A model generated the notes under the pieces. That model worked only from the letters and a program-made list of their open reading frames with translations, was not told the DNA's origin and searched no databases. A stretch of 64,000 nt of DNA from a virus (Duplodnaviria; Caudoviricetes), in the IMG/VR virus record IMGVR_UViG_3300042975_000096; one strand, 5' to 3'. Within the stretch, counting starts at the first letter, position 1. The number at the start of each line of letters is the position of its first letter. Shown piece by piece: positions 49,324 through 58,827 of the stretch. A program made the position numbers and the translations under genes.

Positions 49324-50912
49324 TTTATAATCATTCCTTTATCAAACACTAACCCATCCAGCTTTTCATTAAACATCCTAATCATATCTTTTGCATAATT
49401 GAAGATTGGCATACCACTATCATTAAATGAAGTATTTATTAATATTGGATTCCCCGTCTTTTTACCAAAATCAATTAATAAATCATGCAACCATTTATCC
49501 TCTTTAGCATCTACTGTTTGAATTCTAACTGTTCCGTCTAAATGTATTGCCCCATCAATAATATTTTCTTTTTTACAATACCCTAAAACATTCATATATG
49601 GGGCATCAACATTAATATCAAAATATTCTCCCATATACTCGCGAGGAATTAATATGCCATATGGTCTATACCATTCTCTATTTTTTATTTCGTTTAATTT
49701 ATCATGCATTTCTTTATGTAACGGTGAAGCCAATATACTTCTATGTCCTAACGCTCTCGGGCCCATTTCTATATTTCCCCTACATATACCAACAATACCA
49801 TCTTTTTCTAAAATTTCAATCAATTTATCATTATTAATATCAATCAAGTTATCCTTTATGTGCCTATAAAAATATGCTTTATCATAAATTTCAGAAGTAC
49901 AATAAAATTCATTAATATCTAAACTATTTAACTCATTTGGTTTGTTTTTTAATAAATAATTAAATATCGCTCCAACTGATTGACCTGTATCAGAAGCTAT
50001 TGGATTCCAATATATTTTTTTAAACCACATTGATTTAGCCAAATAATAATTCAACATGCAATTCAATGCGCATCCACCTGAAAAAACCAACGTATCACTA
50101 TATTCTTTATATTTATCAAAAACATTATTTAATACATCATCTATCCATATTTTTTGAAAAGTATATGCCAAATCATATTTATTATGCTTTAATTTCAATT
50201 GGTCAATATAATTATTAATATACTTTTCGATATTTTCTTTTTCAGCCCAATTATTCCAATTTATACTTTTTATTTTTTTCATAAAGTCGCGTATATCTCT
50301 AATTTCTATAAAGTTACTAGATATACCGGCATAAGCCATAAATTTACCTTCCATGCCATCATAATATTTAGTTTCTAAAAAATTACTTGATAATATCTCA
50401 TAAAACAATCCATAACTAAATCGTTGTTCTTGAAATATTTTTTTTAATTTATTGTTTTTATATAAAAACACCGCATGGTTTCCATCACCTTTACCATCTA
50501 TTGATACACATAATGCATTATCTAATTTATTTATTATTGCAGTTGGCAATACATGATTTTCTTGATGATGCATTTTTTTCATTTCACAATTCTCTAACAT
50601 TTTAACAAACTCAAATGATTCTTGTTTCAAATATCCATCTTCGAATTGAGTATAACACCACACAACTACGTCAAATCTATCCACATTAAACAAATCTTTA
50701 ATCATTTTTTGTGCTTTATAAATGTTTTTATGCATACAATCTTTATAAATTGAATCAACATAATTAGCATAATCAATCTTCTCTTGTGAATGAAACGAAA
50801 AATGTTTTTTCTTTAACAATTTATCCATTTCAATGTATCTTAGCTCTTTTGTTTCTGTATCATAATAGCATACATTATAGTCTTGATAGCATTGTATTCC
50901 TAAAATTTTCAT
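49320..50912 (-). CDS. O-carbamoyltransferase, CmcH/NodU/TobZ family
   Basis: HHQENH, DGKGD, EGKFMAYA, SGGCALN, EMGPRALGHRSILA, KNREWYRP, H.DGTVRIQTV, INTSFN. Confidence 0.93.
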   Translation of the reverse strand: MKILGIQCYQDYNVCYYDTETKELRYIEMDKLLKKKHFSFHSQEKIDYANYVDSIYKDCMHKNIYKAQKMIKDLFNVDRFDVVVWCYTQFEDGYLKQESFEFVKMLENCEMKKMHHQENHVLPTAIINKLDNALCVSIDGKGDGNHAVFLYKNNKLKKIFQEQRFSYGLFYEILSSNFLETKYYDGMEGKFMAYAGISSNFIEIRDIRDFMKKIKSINWNNWAEKENIEKYINNYIDQLKLKHNKYDLAYTFQKIWIDDVLNNVFDKYKEYSDTLVFSGGCALNCMLNYYLAKSMWFKKIYWNPIASDTGQSVGAIFNYLLKNKPNELNSLDINEFYCTSEIYDKAYFYRHIKDNLIDINNDKLIEILEKDGIVGICRGNIEMGPRALGHRSILASPLHKEMHDKLNEIKNREWYRPYGILIPREYMGEYFDINVDAPYMNVLGYCKKENIIDGAIHLDGTVRIQTVDAKEDKWLHDLLIDFGKKTGNPILINTSFNDSGMPIFNYAKDMIRMFNEKLDGLVFDKGMIIK

Positions 50913-50916
50913 ATAG

Positions 50917-51789
50917 TTACCCTTTCAATAATTTTAATATTTCATCATTATGTTTCATAAACAAAACCTCTTGTAATTTTGATTTTGATAATAAATTCAA
51001 ATCAAAATCAAAATTATCATCAATTCCAAATTGAAAAAGAAATTCTGTTAATCCATCATTGATTTTTTTATTCTTACAAGAATAACTGGCTTCTTTTTCT
51101 AATAGCAAAAATTCGAACATCATTTTTCCTATATTCTCATAATAATCAGCACCAAATTCTGTATATGGATTATCTTTTGATTTTTTGCTATATCTAAAAT
51201 AATCATATCTTTTATACGAAAACGGTTTAATATCTAATTTGTTCTTTTTTCTTTTAAAATATTCTTCAGATGTTAATATGCCATTTTCATTTGTGCTTAT
51301 TTGTTTCAATCTATTAATCCGCTCTTCTGAAAACTTCATATACCAAATAAAACTATTCTTTACAAATTGTGCATTAAACTCATTACAAATAGTAATAATG
51401 TCATTATCATTTATATACGAAATCATATTATTGAATTCATTTTGAGAAATCTCTTTCTTATATATAAATGCAGGATAAAATAAAAACACTTTATTAAAAT
51501 CAATCTCTATCGTTTTTGTTTGAACTAAATCAATTACCTCACTACTAATCACACAAGCATTTCCATGTAAATCGTAATGCATTTTACCATACTTCAATGG
51601 CAAATAAACAATATTTGATTCATTACCAAAATAGCGTTTGAATCTTTTAACTACTAATTTATCATCAAAGAATACAATTAATCTTATTTCCCAATTTGTA
51701 TATTTTCTTAAATTATAAAACAAATCTTCAAATGAAGTATATGCCCCATTTAATTCATATAAATAATAAATCAAATCTATTTTCATCAC
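50917..51789 (-). CDS. Unknown protein, paralog of 46729..47580
   Basis: Same shared motif set as 46729..47580. Confidence 0.6.
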   Translation of the reverse strand: MMKIDLIYYLYELNGAYTSFEDLFYNLRKYTNWEIRLIVFFDDKLVVKRFKRYFGNESNIVYLPLKYGKMHYDLHGNACVISSEVIDLVQTKTIEIDFNKVFLFYPAFIYKKEISQNEFNNMISYINDNDIITICNEFNAQFVKNSFIWYMKFSEERINRLKQISTNENGILTSEEYFKRKKNKLDIKPFSYKRYDYFRYSKKSKDNPYTEFGADYYENIGKMMFEFLLLEKEASYSCKNKKINDGLTEFLFQFGIDDNFDFDLNLLSKSKLQEVLFMKHNDEILKLLKG

Positions 51790-52925
51790 TAAACACTCTC
51801 AATACATTTATATATTTTCATCATTATATTCTCTATACTGTACTTTTTTGATTCCTTAATACAATTCTTTCTTATATTAACAATATCCTTACAGAAACTA
51901 TTGCGTATAGAAGCCGGTAAATCGTCTGTGACAAGCCATCCATTATATCCATCTATAACTATATCATTCATTGATTTACACTCCTTGTATCCAATCACAG
52001 GCGTTCCAAATGACATTGCTTCTAATGCTACAGTTGGCAAACCTTCTATTATTGATGGTATCACTAAAACATGTGCATTACGATAGAACGGTTCTACATT
52101 TTTTTGATATCCATGAAAATGAATATTGTCAAATTTGAAGTATTCAGATATATCCAAAAAACCATCATTGGCATAATTATACCCTACAACATCACACTCA
52201 TAATACGTATCTTTAATATAGTCTAATAATAACTGCGTTCGCTTTATATCCCTGTTTATTCTTCCAACATATAGAATGTTACTTCGTTTCTTATTGATTT
52301 CTATGTTGTCAGGTATTTCTATACAATTATAAAAAACGTATGATTTATCTTTATATTTTTCACTAACATATTGAGGTAATAAAAATCCTAGTCTATCACA
52401 AGATTCCAACATCATATCATAAAGTAACTCTTTATCTTTCAATGCTTTTTGAAAAAATAAATATTCTAGCCCTTGCATTTTACTAAATGTGTTTTTAATA
52501 TATTTTGGCTCATTATGAAAAAACATTATTATTGGAACATTTGTCATTTTAGATATAATTGACCAAAATATTACTTGCTGACCCCCACCTGCATTGCAAA
52601 ATATACAACGTGGTTTTATCTGAAAAACGGTTCGTGCAACTTTATTCATATATCCTCTAGAAAAATAAGTAATCATATCACTATGAACAATTATATTTTT
52701 CAAATTCAAAAAATTTCCTGGTTGCTGAAACAGATGAACTTCGTATTTTTTAGATAACGATTTGCAAATTTTTATGGTATATTTCTCCGCTCCCCATAAA
52801 TATTGTTCACCTTCATTTTTCATAATATTGCAAGTAATAATAATTTTATTTTCATCTCTATTTTGTACAAACCATTTTTTGTTTAATGTAAATTGAGCAT
52901 ATAATAAATCATTTTTTATATTCAC
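51789..52925 (-). CDS. Glycosyltransferase family 4 (GT-B)
   Basis: GAEK, ILYVGRI...K, PSIIEGLPTVALEAMSFGTPVI (E-x7-E). Confidence 0.92.
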   Translation of the reverse strand: MNIKNDLLYAQFTLNKKWFVQNRDENKIIITCNIMKNEGEQYLWGAEKYTIKICKSLSKKYEVHLFQQPGNFLNLKNIIVHSDMITYFSRGYMNKVARTVFQIKPRCIFCNAGGGQQVIFWSIISKMTNVPIIMFFHNEPKYIKNTFSKMQGLEYLFFQKALKDKELLYDMMLESCDRLGFLLPQYVSEKYKDKSYVFYNCIEIPDNIEINKKRSNILYVGRINRDIKRTQLLLDYIKDTYYECDVVGYNYANDGFLDISEYFKFDNIHFHGYQKNVEPFYRNAHVLVIPSIIEGLPTVALEAMSFGTPVIGYKECKSMNDIVIDGYNGWLVTDDLPASIRNSFCKDIVNIRKNCIKESKKYSIENIMMKIYKCIESV

Positions 52926-53736
52926 GACATGCCATCCTTAAAATATTTTTTTCCAACTTCTTATCCACCAATTTGTTTGCATACATTTCCCATATTTTAC
53001 CAAACAAATCAGCTTTCACCCATGGTTTTGGATTACTAGCATAATGAATTATCTTTATTTTTTCTGATTTTATTCTTTCTCCATAAATCCGAATATATTC
53101 ATTAAACTTCAAATGACCATAATTGTTTGCCAAAAAATTATATCCATAATCTATATATTTTATTTGACCATTAAATGCATCATTCATAATATCCTGTTCC
53201 CATAAATGATAATCTTTTGCTTCTGATTCTAACCTTATATAATAACTATACATTGTATCTTTTTTATTAATAACAGTATTCCTTATCTTTTTTAGATTCA
53301 ATAAAATATTTCCTGCATTAAAATAATTTAACCCGTTTATCTTATCTCTTACTCCTGCTACAAAACAATCCTCAATATCAATTTCAAAAATTTCTGAAAT
53401 ATCTTCTATTACAACTGTATCTGCATCAATATGAAAAACCTTGTCACAATCTAGTAATTCATGCAACAACAATTTATAATATACTACACCTGCATTATCT
53501 TCTCTGATAAAAATATTTTTATCAATATAAATTGGATGGATGCAAAAATCAATAGAGCTTAATTGACCTATTTCTCCTATATCATTAAACTCTATACATA
53601 ACAAATAAACATCGTAATTTACATCACGATGCTTATTTGTTTTCAATGAATACATTGAAACATATGTTTGATATAGATATGATTTATTTGTAATGTAACA
53701 AAGATTAAAACGTCTTTGCAAACTCATTATAAACAC
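52909..53736 (-). CDS. Glycosyltransferase family 8
   Basis: HIDADTVV, YFNAG, EQDIMN, IIHYASNPKPW. Confidence 0.9.
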   Translation of the reverse strand: MFIMSLQRRFNLCYITNKSYLYQTYVSMYSLKTNKHRDVNYDVYLLCIEFNDIGEIGQLSSIDFCIHPIYIDKNIFIREDNAGVVYYKLLLHELLDCDKVFHIDADTVVIEDISEIFEIDIEDCFVAGVRDKINGLNYFNAGNILLNLKKIRNTVINKKDTMYSYYIRLESEAKDYHLWEQDIMNDAFNGQIKYIDYGYNFLANNYGHLKFNEYIRIYGERIKSEKIKIIHYASNPKPWVKADLFGKIWEMYANKLVDKKLEKNILRMACREYKK

Positions 53737-54340
53737 TTCTCAATTCTTCTTCATCTACTGCACTATCAATTCTATCCTTGAAATCCTTAAATGCTTTATA
53801 TGCTTCATCAACGGCATTAAATTCGTCCAATGAATCTAGATATTCAGATAGCTTTTCCAAAACTTCCGTATCACCTGAATTGATTACTTTTAAATATTCT
53901 TCTTCGCGATTTTCATCTGTAATAAAATATCCTTTTGATTCCAAATAATGATTTAATTTGAAAAAATTAAATAATGCAAAATTTGAAATGGATAGTTTAT
54001 CACCAATAGAATCACCCATAATGCGAATGAAATGTGTTTTTTCTCGTTCTAGTTTATCTTGACTTGATAGCTTAACCGTTTCGACTTCTTTTATATCTTG
54101 CTCTTGTAAAATCGTTGGTTTTAAATTAACGTCATAATAAATAACACATTCAGGCTCACTTCTATGTAAATCTAATTTATTAAAAATTCTCAAATACGCT
54201 TGTGGAGAAACCTCAACATAATCCTCTTTATTCAATAAAATTGGTTCATTCTCTAATTTCAAAAATGGATTAACTAAAAAAGCTCTATCTTCTTTAACTA
54301 AAATACCACAATAGCATTTCATTTCTACATTATCACTCAT
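53705..54340 (-). CDS. Hypothetical protein, possibly tail-fibre assembly chaperone-like
   Basis: C-terminus KDRIDSAVDEEELRSV resembles the I..A...EEL end of phage fibre-chaperone families; lies two genes after the Cys-rich protein. Confidence 0.45.
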   Translation of the reverse strand: MSDNVEMKCYCGILVKEDRAFLVNPFLKLENEPILLNKEDYVEVSPQAYLRIFNKLDLHRSEPECVIYYDVNLKPTILQEQDIKEVETVKLSSQDKLEREKTHFIRIMGDSIGDKLSISNFALFNFFKLNHYLESKGYFITDENREEEYLKVINSGDTEVLEKLSEYLDSLDEFNAVDEAYKAFKDFKDRIDSAVDEEELRSVYNEFAKTF

Positions 54341-54581
54341 CTGTTTTCGTTCCTTCCTGCACTTGTTTCATAATATCATCAATATCTTTATTATTTTTAT
54401 CATTTTCTTCTGGAAATTCTAGTTCTATGTTTTGTTTTCTAGCCAAACTAACCAGCAACATATTAACAACATCCATAACCGTAGCATATGCCAATTTATC
54501 AATCGGATAAATATTTTCTCTAGCACTAATTACAAAATTTTCAATAGCTTTATCTACTGTTAATATTTTCTTATCGGACAT
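54333..54581 (-). CDS. Small hypothetical protein
   Basis: ORF with AAGGAAAG RBS; overlaps next gene. Confidence 0.6.
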   Translation of the reverse strand: MSDKKILTVDKAIENFVISARENIYPIDKLAYATVMDVVNMLLVSLARKQNIELEFPEENDKNNKDIDDIMKQVQEGTKTDE

Positions 54582-54598
54582 TTAAATCTTTCCTTTCA

Positions 54599-55366
54599 TT
54601 AATAAATGTATGCATAACACCATCCATATCTTCTAACTACATGGCAAGAACAAACTTCATCACCAAAACACGTACAATAATTACAATTACATACACATGT
54701 ATTGGATAATAAATTAGCAGCTCCAACTAAGAATCTATTGAAAAACTCAGCAAATGTTTTATCCCCAACTTCAACAGTCGCAACAAACAACGCAACCCAT
54801 TGGTCTAAATTATCCGTTTGCAATGCCATATTTCCCCACGGTTTATATTTAACAGTTCCATTTGGCGAACCTTCTTCAAACCCTGTTACTGAATCATCCG
54901 TAGAATTACCATGCGAAACACCTAGTACACAATATGTTGGATTACCTCCGTATGAAGCACTCTCCATGTGACTATAATCTGTTGCATTATTTATACGATT
55001 ATTATACAAATCCCATCTATAATCAGCTGGATGATTGTTTTTATCATATTGATACATATGCAATGTTGTTTTAAATGCACGTTTTATATCGTCAGCCGTT
55101 ACCATTACATCTGGGTCTCCACTTGTACCAATTTCAATATCATCAACGCCACCACGTAATGACCATTCTCTACGCAAAATACTCCATAGCTTTTGCATTC
55201 TTTCAAATGTTAATTTCGCTCCTTCTGCCACAACTTCCATTTGTGGATTTCTTGGGGCATCACTACCCGGATGAGAACCATAAGGTTTACAAATCGGAAA
55301 TCCTGCTGGTCTTTCAATTGTATTCCAACCGCCCTCAACATGCATTACATAAGGCCCTTGTGCCAT
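54599..55366 (-). CDS. Protein with Cys-rich C-terminus (CVCNCNYCTC..CSC..C); candidate radical SAM substrate / virion fibre protein
   Basis: 8 Cys in the last ~32 aa; two V..G.K-helix repeats; GGAG RBS; near two SPASM enzymes. Confidence 0.6.
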   Translation of the reverse strand: MAQGPYVMHVEGGWNTIERPAGFPICKPYGSHPGSDAPRNPQMEVVAEGAKLTFERMQKLWSILRREWSLRGGVDDIEIGTSGDPDVMVTADDIKRAFKTTLHMYQYDKNNHPADYRWDLYNNRINNATDYSHMESASYGGNPTYCVLGVSHGNSTDDSVTGFEEGSPNGTVKYKPWGNMALQTDNLDQWVALFVATVEVGDKTFAEFFNRFLVGAANLLSNTCVCNCNYCTCFGDEVCSCHVVRRYGWCYAYIY

Positions 55367-55413
55367 AATTAATCAACTCCATATATTTATTATATAAATT
55401 TTCAATTATTATT

Positions 55414-55427
55414 CTAATATATAGATA
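55414..55427 (-). promoter_or_regulatory. Candidate late promoter, one-mismatch variant (upstream of Cys-rich protein and glyco operon)
   Basis: TATCTATATATTAG. Confidence 0.35.
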
Positions 55428-55436
55428 CGTTTTCTA

Positions 55437-56639
55437 TCATTTTTTATCATGATTTTCCGTAATACGTTGATTAGCAATATTACAATAATGCAATTCTTTT
55501 TCAATTCCTATAAATTTTCTATCTAAAGTATCACATGCAACACCTGTAGTTCCACTTCCTGAAAACATATCCAAAACAATCTGACCTTCTCTTGTAATTA
55601 ATTTAACCAAATATTCCATTAGCTTTATTGGTTTAACTGTAATATGGTCATTATATTTACCTTTTTCAGATTTAGAAGCCTTTGCACAATAAAAAAATCT
55701 TGATGCTCCACCCTCATCACCATATGTTATTTGGATATCTCCTGCTTTTCCCAATCCACCATGTTCAAAAAACACGCCCTCTTTTGTTCGTTTACAGTTT
55801 GTTCCGCTTTTCAAATGACCACTTTGTTCATCTAATAATTCGGCAGACACTTCATCTAAAATAACATTTGACGGAAATCTCCCTTTTGGATTCGCACTAG
55901 CCATAACATTTTTCGTATTATCAAATCCACAACTCTTATCATTCATAACAACTGCATTTTTTCTACCATGTCTAGAAGTTGTTTTTAATGGTTCATTGTG
56001 CGAAATTCTACAATCATCAATGTTAATAGCACCCGTTCCATATTTCAAAACATTTTCACATACTGTTTTTTCTTCTATTGGTTTTCTCGCCACACAAATC
56101 AATTCTTGTGCAGGTTTTAATGCAGTATTCCATCCGTTCCACTTTTTAGCTTCTTCTGTTTCGAATTCTACATCTCTAACATATTCTTGACCATTATAAT
56201 CTTTTGGTCTATCATTATCTGCATGGATTTTATTATATCCCATAGAAGCCGTAGCCTTTTTTCCTTTAAGTTTCTTAAATGCTTGCGTATTGGCTGAACC
56301 ATTTTTTATTTTTGATTCAATTTGCTTTCCAACATCAGCCCCATGTGGCATACCACTACCATAAATCCATGACATCGTATCACGAATTTCAAATCCTGCA
56401 TCTTCAATAGCACAAACCATACGATGATATGTTCTTGTGGAATTAAATACAAGAATGTGACCACCCGGTTTCAATACACGGAATACCTGCTCCCACATTT
56501 CTACACTATTTACAATACCTGTTTTATCCCACCCTTTTGACATAAAACCAATATTATAAGGTGGGTCTGAAATAACAGCATCAACGCTATTACTTTTCAT
56601 TTTTTTCATTTCTTCAATGCAATCGCCATTTATAATCAT
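55437..56639 (-). CDS. Orphan N4C/N6A DNA methyltransferase (beta class, large insert)
   Basis: DPPY; GWNTALKPA; HITVKP; VLDMFSGSGTTG. Confidence 0.92.
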   Translation of the reverse strand: MIINGDCIEEMKKMKSNSVDAVISDPPYNIGFMSKGWDKTGIVNSVEMWEQVFRVLKPGGHILVFNSTRTYHRMVCAIEDAGFEIRDTMSWIYGSGMPHGADVGKQIESKIKNGSANTQAFKKLKGKKATASMGYNKIHADNDRPKDYNGQEYVRDVEFETEEAKKWNGWNTALKPAQELICVARKPIEEKTVCENVLKYGTGAINIDDCRISHNEPLKTTSRHGRKNAVVMNDKSCGFDNTKNVMASANPKGRFPSNVILDEVSAELLDEQSGHLKSGTNCKRTKEGVFFEHGGLGKAGDIQITYGDEGGASRFFYCAKASKSEKGKYNDHITVKPIKLMEYLVKLITREGQIVLDMFSGSGTTGVACDTLDRKFIGIEKELHYCNIANQRITENHDKK

Positions 56640-56644
56640 TTATC

Positions 56645-57715
56645 TTAATTCCTTCTCATCTTTTGATAGGCTTTAATATAATTGGAAATCTTTTTATACA
56701 TAGCGCACACACTATCATTATTCGATTTATTCCAATCTTCAACTTTACCATTGCTATTGATGGAATTACATCTAAAACAGAAAATTGAATCGCATTCCTG
56801 ACATTTACTGTTTTTTGCAAACATATTGTTTCTTACTAAATAATTATGTTCAATCTTATACAAACAATTATCGTCAAAAATATTTGTATAAAACATTTTA
56901 TCATCTGCATACAAACAACCATGGCAATACGTTACTCTACCATCTAAATCAACAATAAACGAATCGTCACCACCATGGCAATCAGCCCTATCTGCCGTAT
57001 CAAACCACACAAATCCAGTATATCCATGATTATCTTTTTTGTTGTCTATAAAATACTGAATCAACTTAATAAATTGATTGTTCATTTTATCAAAATCAAT
57101 TAGTCCATCACTTAATGTATCTGGTGTACATGCAAAAACAACTTTATGTTTTAACGTCTGATTGAATTTGTCATAATTGACATATTGCTGATAAATATTA
57201 TTCTCTAAATCATTTACAGTACATGTAGATTTAATTCCAAAATTAAATCCGTTATCATCAAAAAAATGAATTGCTTCTTTAACAACTTTATCCGTTTCCA
57301 TAACTGTTTTTCCTAACTGAACCCTTTGATTATTTTCTTCATTATGGAAATCATAAGAAACCTGAACCTGTAGACGTTTCCCAATCAAATTCTTTAGCTC
57401 TAGCAATTCTTTTTTGTATTTATTTACCAATGAACCATTCGTATACATAAAAAATTCAACATTATCATACATACTAAATTCTTTTACAATACGATAAATA
57501 TCTTTGAAATAAATGAGTGGTTCACCACCCCAAAACTCAACATGAACTAAATCATTGTTTTCTTGAAGAACATGGAGCAATTCAATTACCCTGTCAAACG
57601 TCTTTGGATATAATGACTCTTTGCTCTCTACCGCGCCATTCTTAACCTCAAAACAATATTTGCATCTAAAATTACACGCCTTACCCATATTGATGGATAT
57701 TCCAACTTTGTTCAA
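56645..57715 (-). CDS. Radical SAM protein with SPASM-like C-terminal domain
   Basis: CNFRCKYC, FWGGEPL, YTNG; DCHGG..TYCHGC..CQECDSIFCFRC..C. Confidence 0.9.
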   Translation of the reverse strand: MNKVGISINMGKACNFRCKYCFEVKNGAVESKESLYPKTFDRVIELLHVLQENNDLVHVEFWGGEPLIYFKDIYRIVKEFSMYDNVEFFMYTNGSLVNKYKKELLELKNLIGKRLQVQVSYDFHNEENNQRVQLGKTVMETDKVVKEAIHFFDDNGFNFGIKSTCTVNDLENNIYQQYVNYDKFNQTLKHKVVFACTPDTLSDGLIDFDKMNNQFIKLIQYFIDNKKDNHGYTGFVWFDTADRADCHGGDDSFIVDLDGRVTYCHGCLYADDKMFYTNIFDDNCLYKIEHNYLVRNNMFAKNSKCQECDSIFCFRCNSINSNGKVEDWNKSNNDSVCAMYKKISNYIKAYQKMRRN

Positions 57716-58764
57716 TTATTCCACCATCCTTTTTTTGTTATATCTATATTATATTCTTTGTTCATAAATAAATATAAACTAGATACCATATTATAAATTT
57801 CCTTTAATAATAAACAATATCCATCAACAATATCTCCGTTTTTATACTGCACATATAAACATCCTTGATTACAGAACTTATTTATTTTACATTGATTACA
57901 TTTATCATTTATCGTTATGTTATGTTCCGCTACAAATTTAATGTTATCATGATAATATTTATTCTCATTACTATCACACAATCTATAATAATCGTTTGTA
58001 TAAAATCTAGAACAAGGATATATAATTCCACTCGGAGTTAAACTAAATCCATTTTTACCTGCAAAACAAACAAAATTTCGTTTTCCTGAAACAATATTAT
58101 CTAATACTCTTTCTACAAACCCTATTCTTATCCATCTATGATAATTTTTATAATGAAAAATTAAGAACTCTTTCAATTTTAAAAGCTCTTTTTTTATCAC
58201 TATTAAATTGTTTTCATTCCAAACATCATCTTTTACAAAAGATATATCCATATATAAATCATCACAATCATTTTCCATCGCTAATTTATAAAAGTAATTT
58301 ACAACCTTCATAATGGATGGATTGTGATTGCTTATCATTGCTTTAGCTTGTACAGGAACAATATTGTTTTTTACCAATTGCTCGAAATTTGAATGATTAT
58401 TATCACATTCTCCATCACAACTAATACCTATATTAATATGATGAAGTTTTAAAATGTTTTTTATTTCTTCATTCAATAATAATGCATTCGTTTGCAAAAA
58501 ACTGAATTTTATATTATAATTGTTCTTCATCCACTCATCAAATAAAATAATTTTATTTATTTCTAATAGTGGCTCTCCACCAAAATAAGTAACATTATAC
58601 TCACCACTAAATTGTACATCAGTCATAACAGATAGATTTTCCACGCAATTCATTTGCTTTTTTAATGATTCAAATGTTAATACTTCTTCATCTTGGTTGA
58701 TATAACAATACTTACATTTCAAATTGCACTTATTTGTCATATGCAACTGTAATACATGTTCCAC
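57712..58764 (-). CDS. Radical SAM/SPASM protein
   Basis: CNLKCKYC, FGGEPL, QTN; CFAG..GIIYPC..CNQC-x5-C-x3-C..C. Confidence 0.93.
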   Translation of the reverse strand: MEHVLQLHMTNKCNLKCKYCYINQDEEVLTFESLKKQMNCVENLSVMTDVQFSGEYNVTYFGGEPLLEINKIILFDEWMKNNYNIKFSFLQTNALLLNEEIKNILKLHHINIGISCDGECDNNHSNFEQLVKNNIVPVQAKAMISNHNPSIMKVVNYFYKLAMENDCDDLYMDISFVKDDVWNENNLIVIKKELLKLKEFLIFHYKNYHRWIRIGFVERVLDNIVSGKRNFVCFAGKNGFSLTPSGIIYPCSRFYTNDYYRLCDSNENKYYHDNIKFVAEHNITINDKCNQCKINKFCNQGCLYVQYKNGDIVDGYCLLLKEIYNMVSSLYLFMNKEYNIDITKKGWWNN

Positions 58765-58795
58765 ATTAAAACACTCCTTTTTTATAATTATATTA

Positions 58796-58823
58796 AAAAG
58801 CTCTACTGTATGGTAGAGCTTTT
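58796..58823 (-). terminator. Intrinsic terminator
   Basis: AAAAGCTCTAC/GTAGAGCTTTT stem. Confidence 0.7.
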
Positions 58824-58827
58824 GTTT

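Noticed and set aside
56645-58764. Anaerobic sulfatase maturase, PqqE or NrdG annotation for the SPASM enzymes
   Set aside because: No sulfatase, pqq or nrdD genes nearby; the adjacent Cys-rich protein is a more parsimonious substrate.
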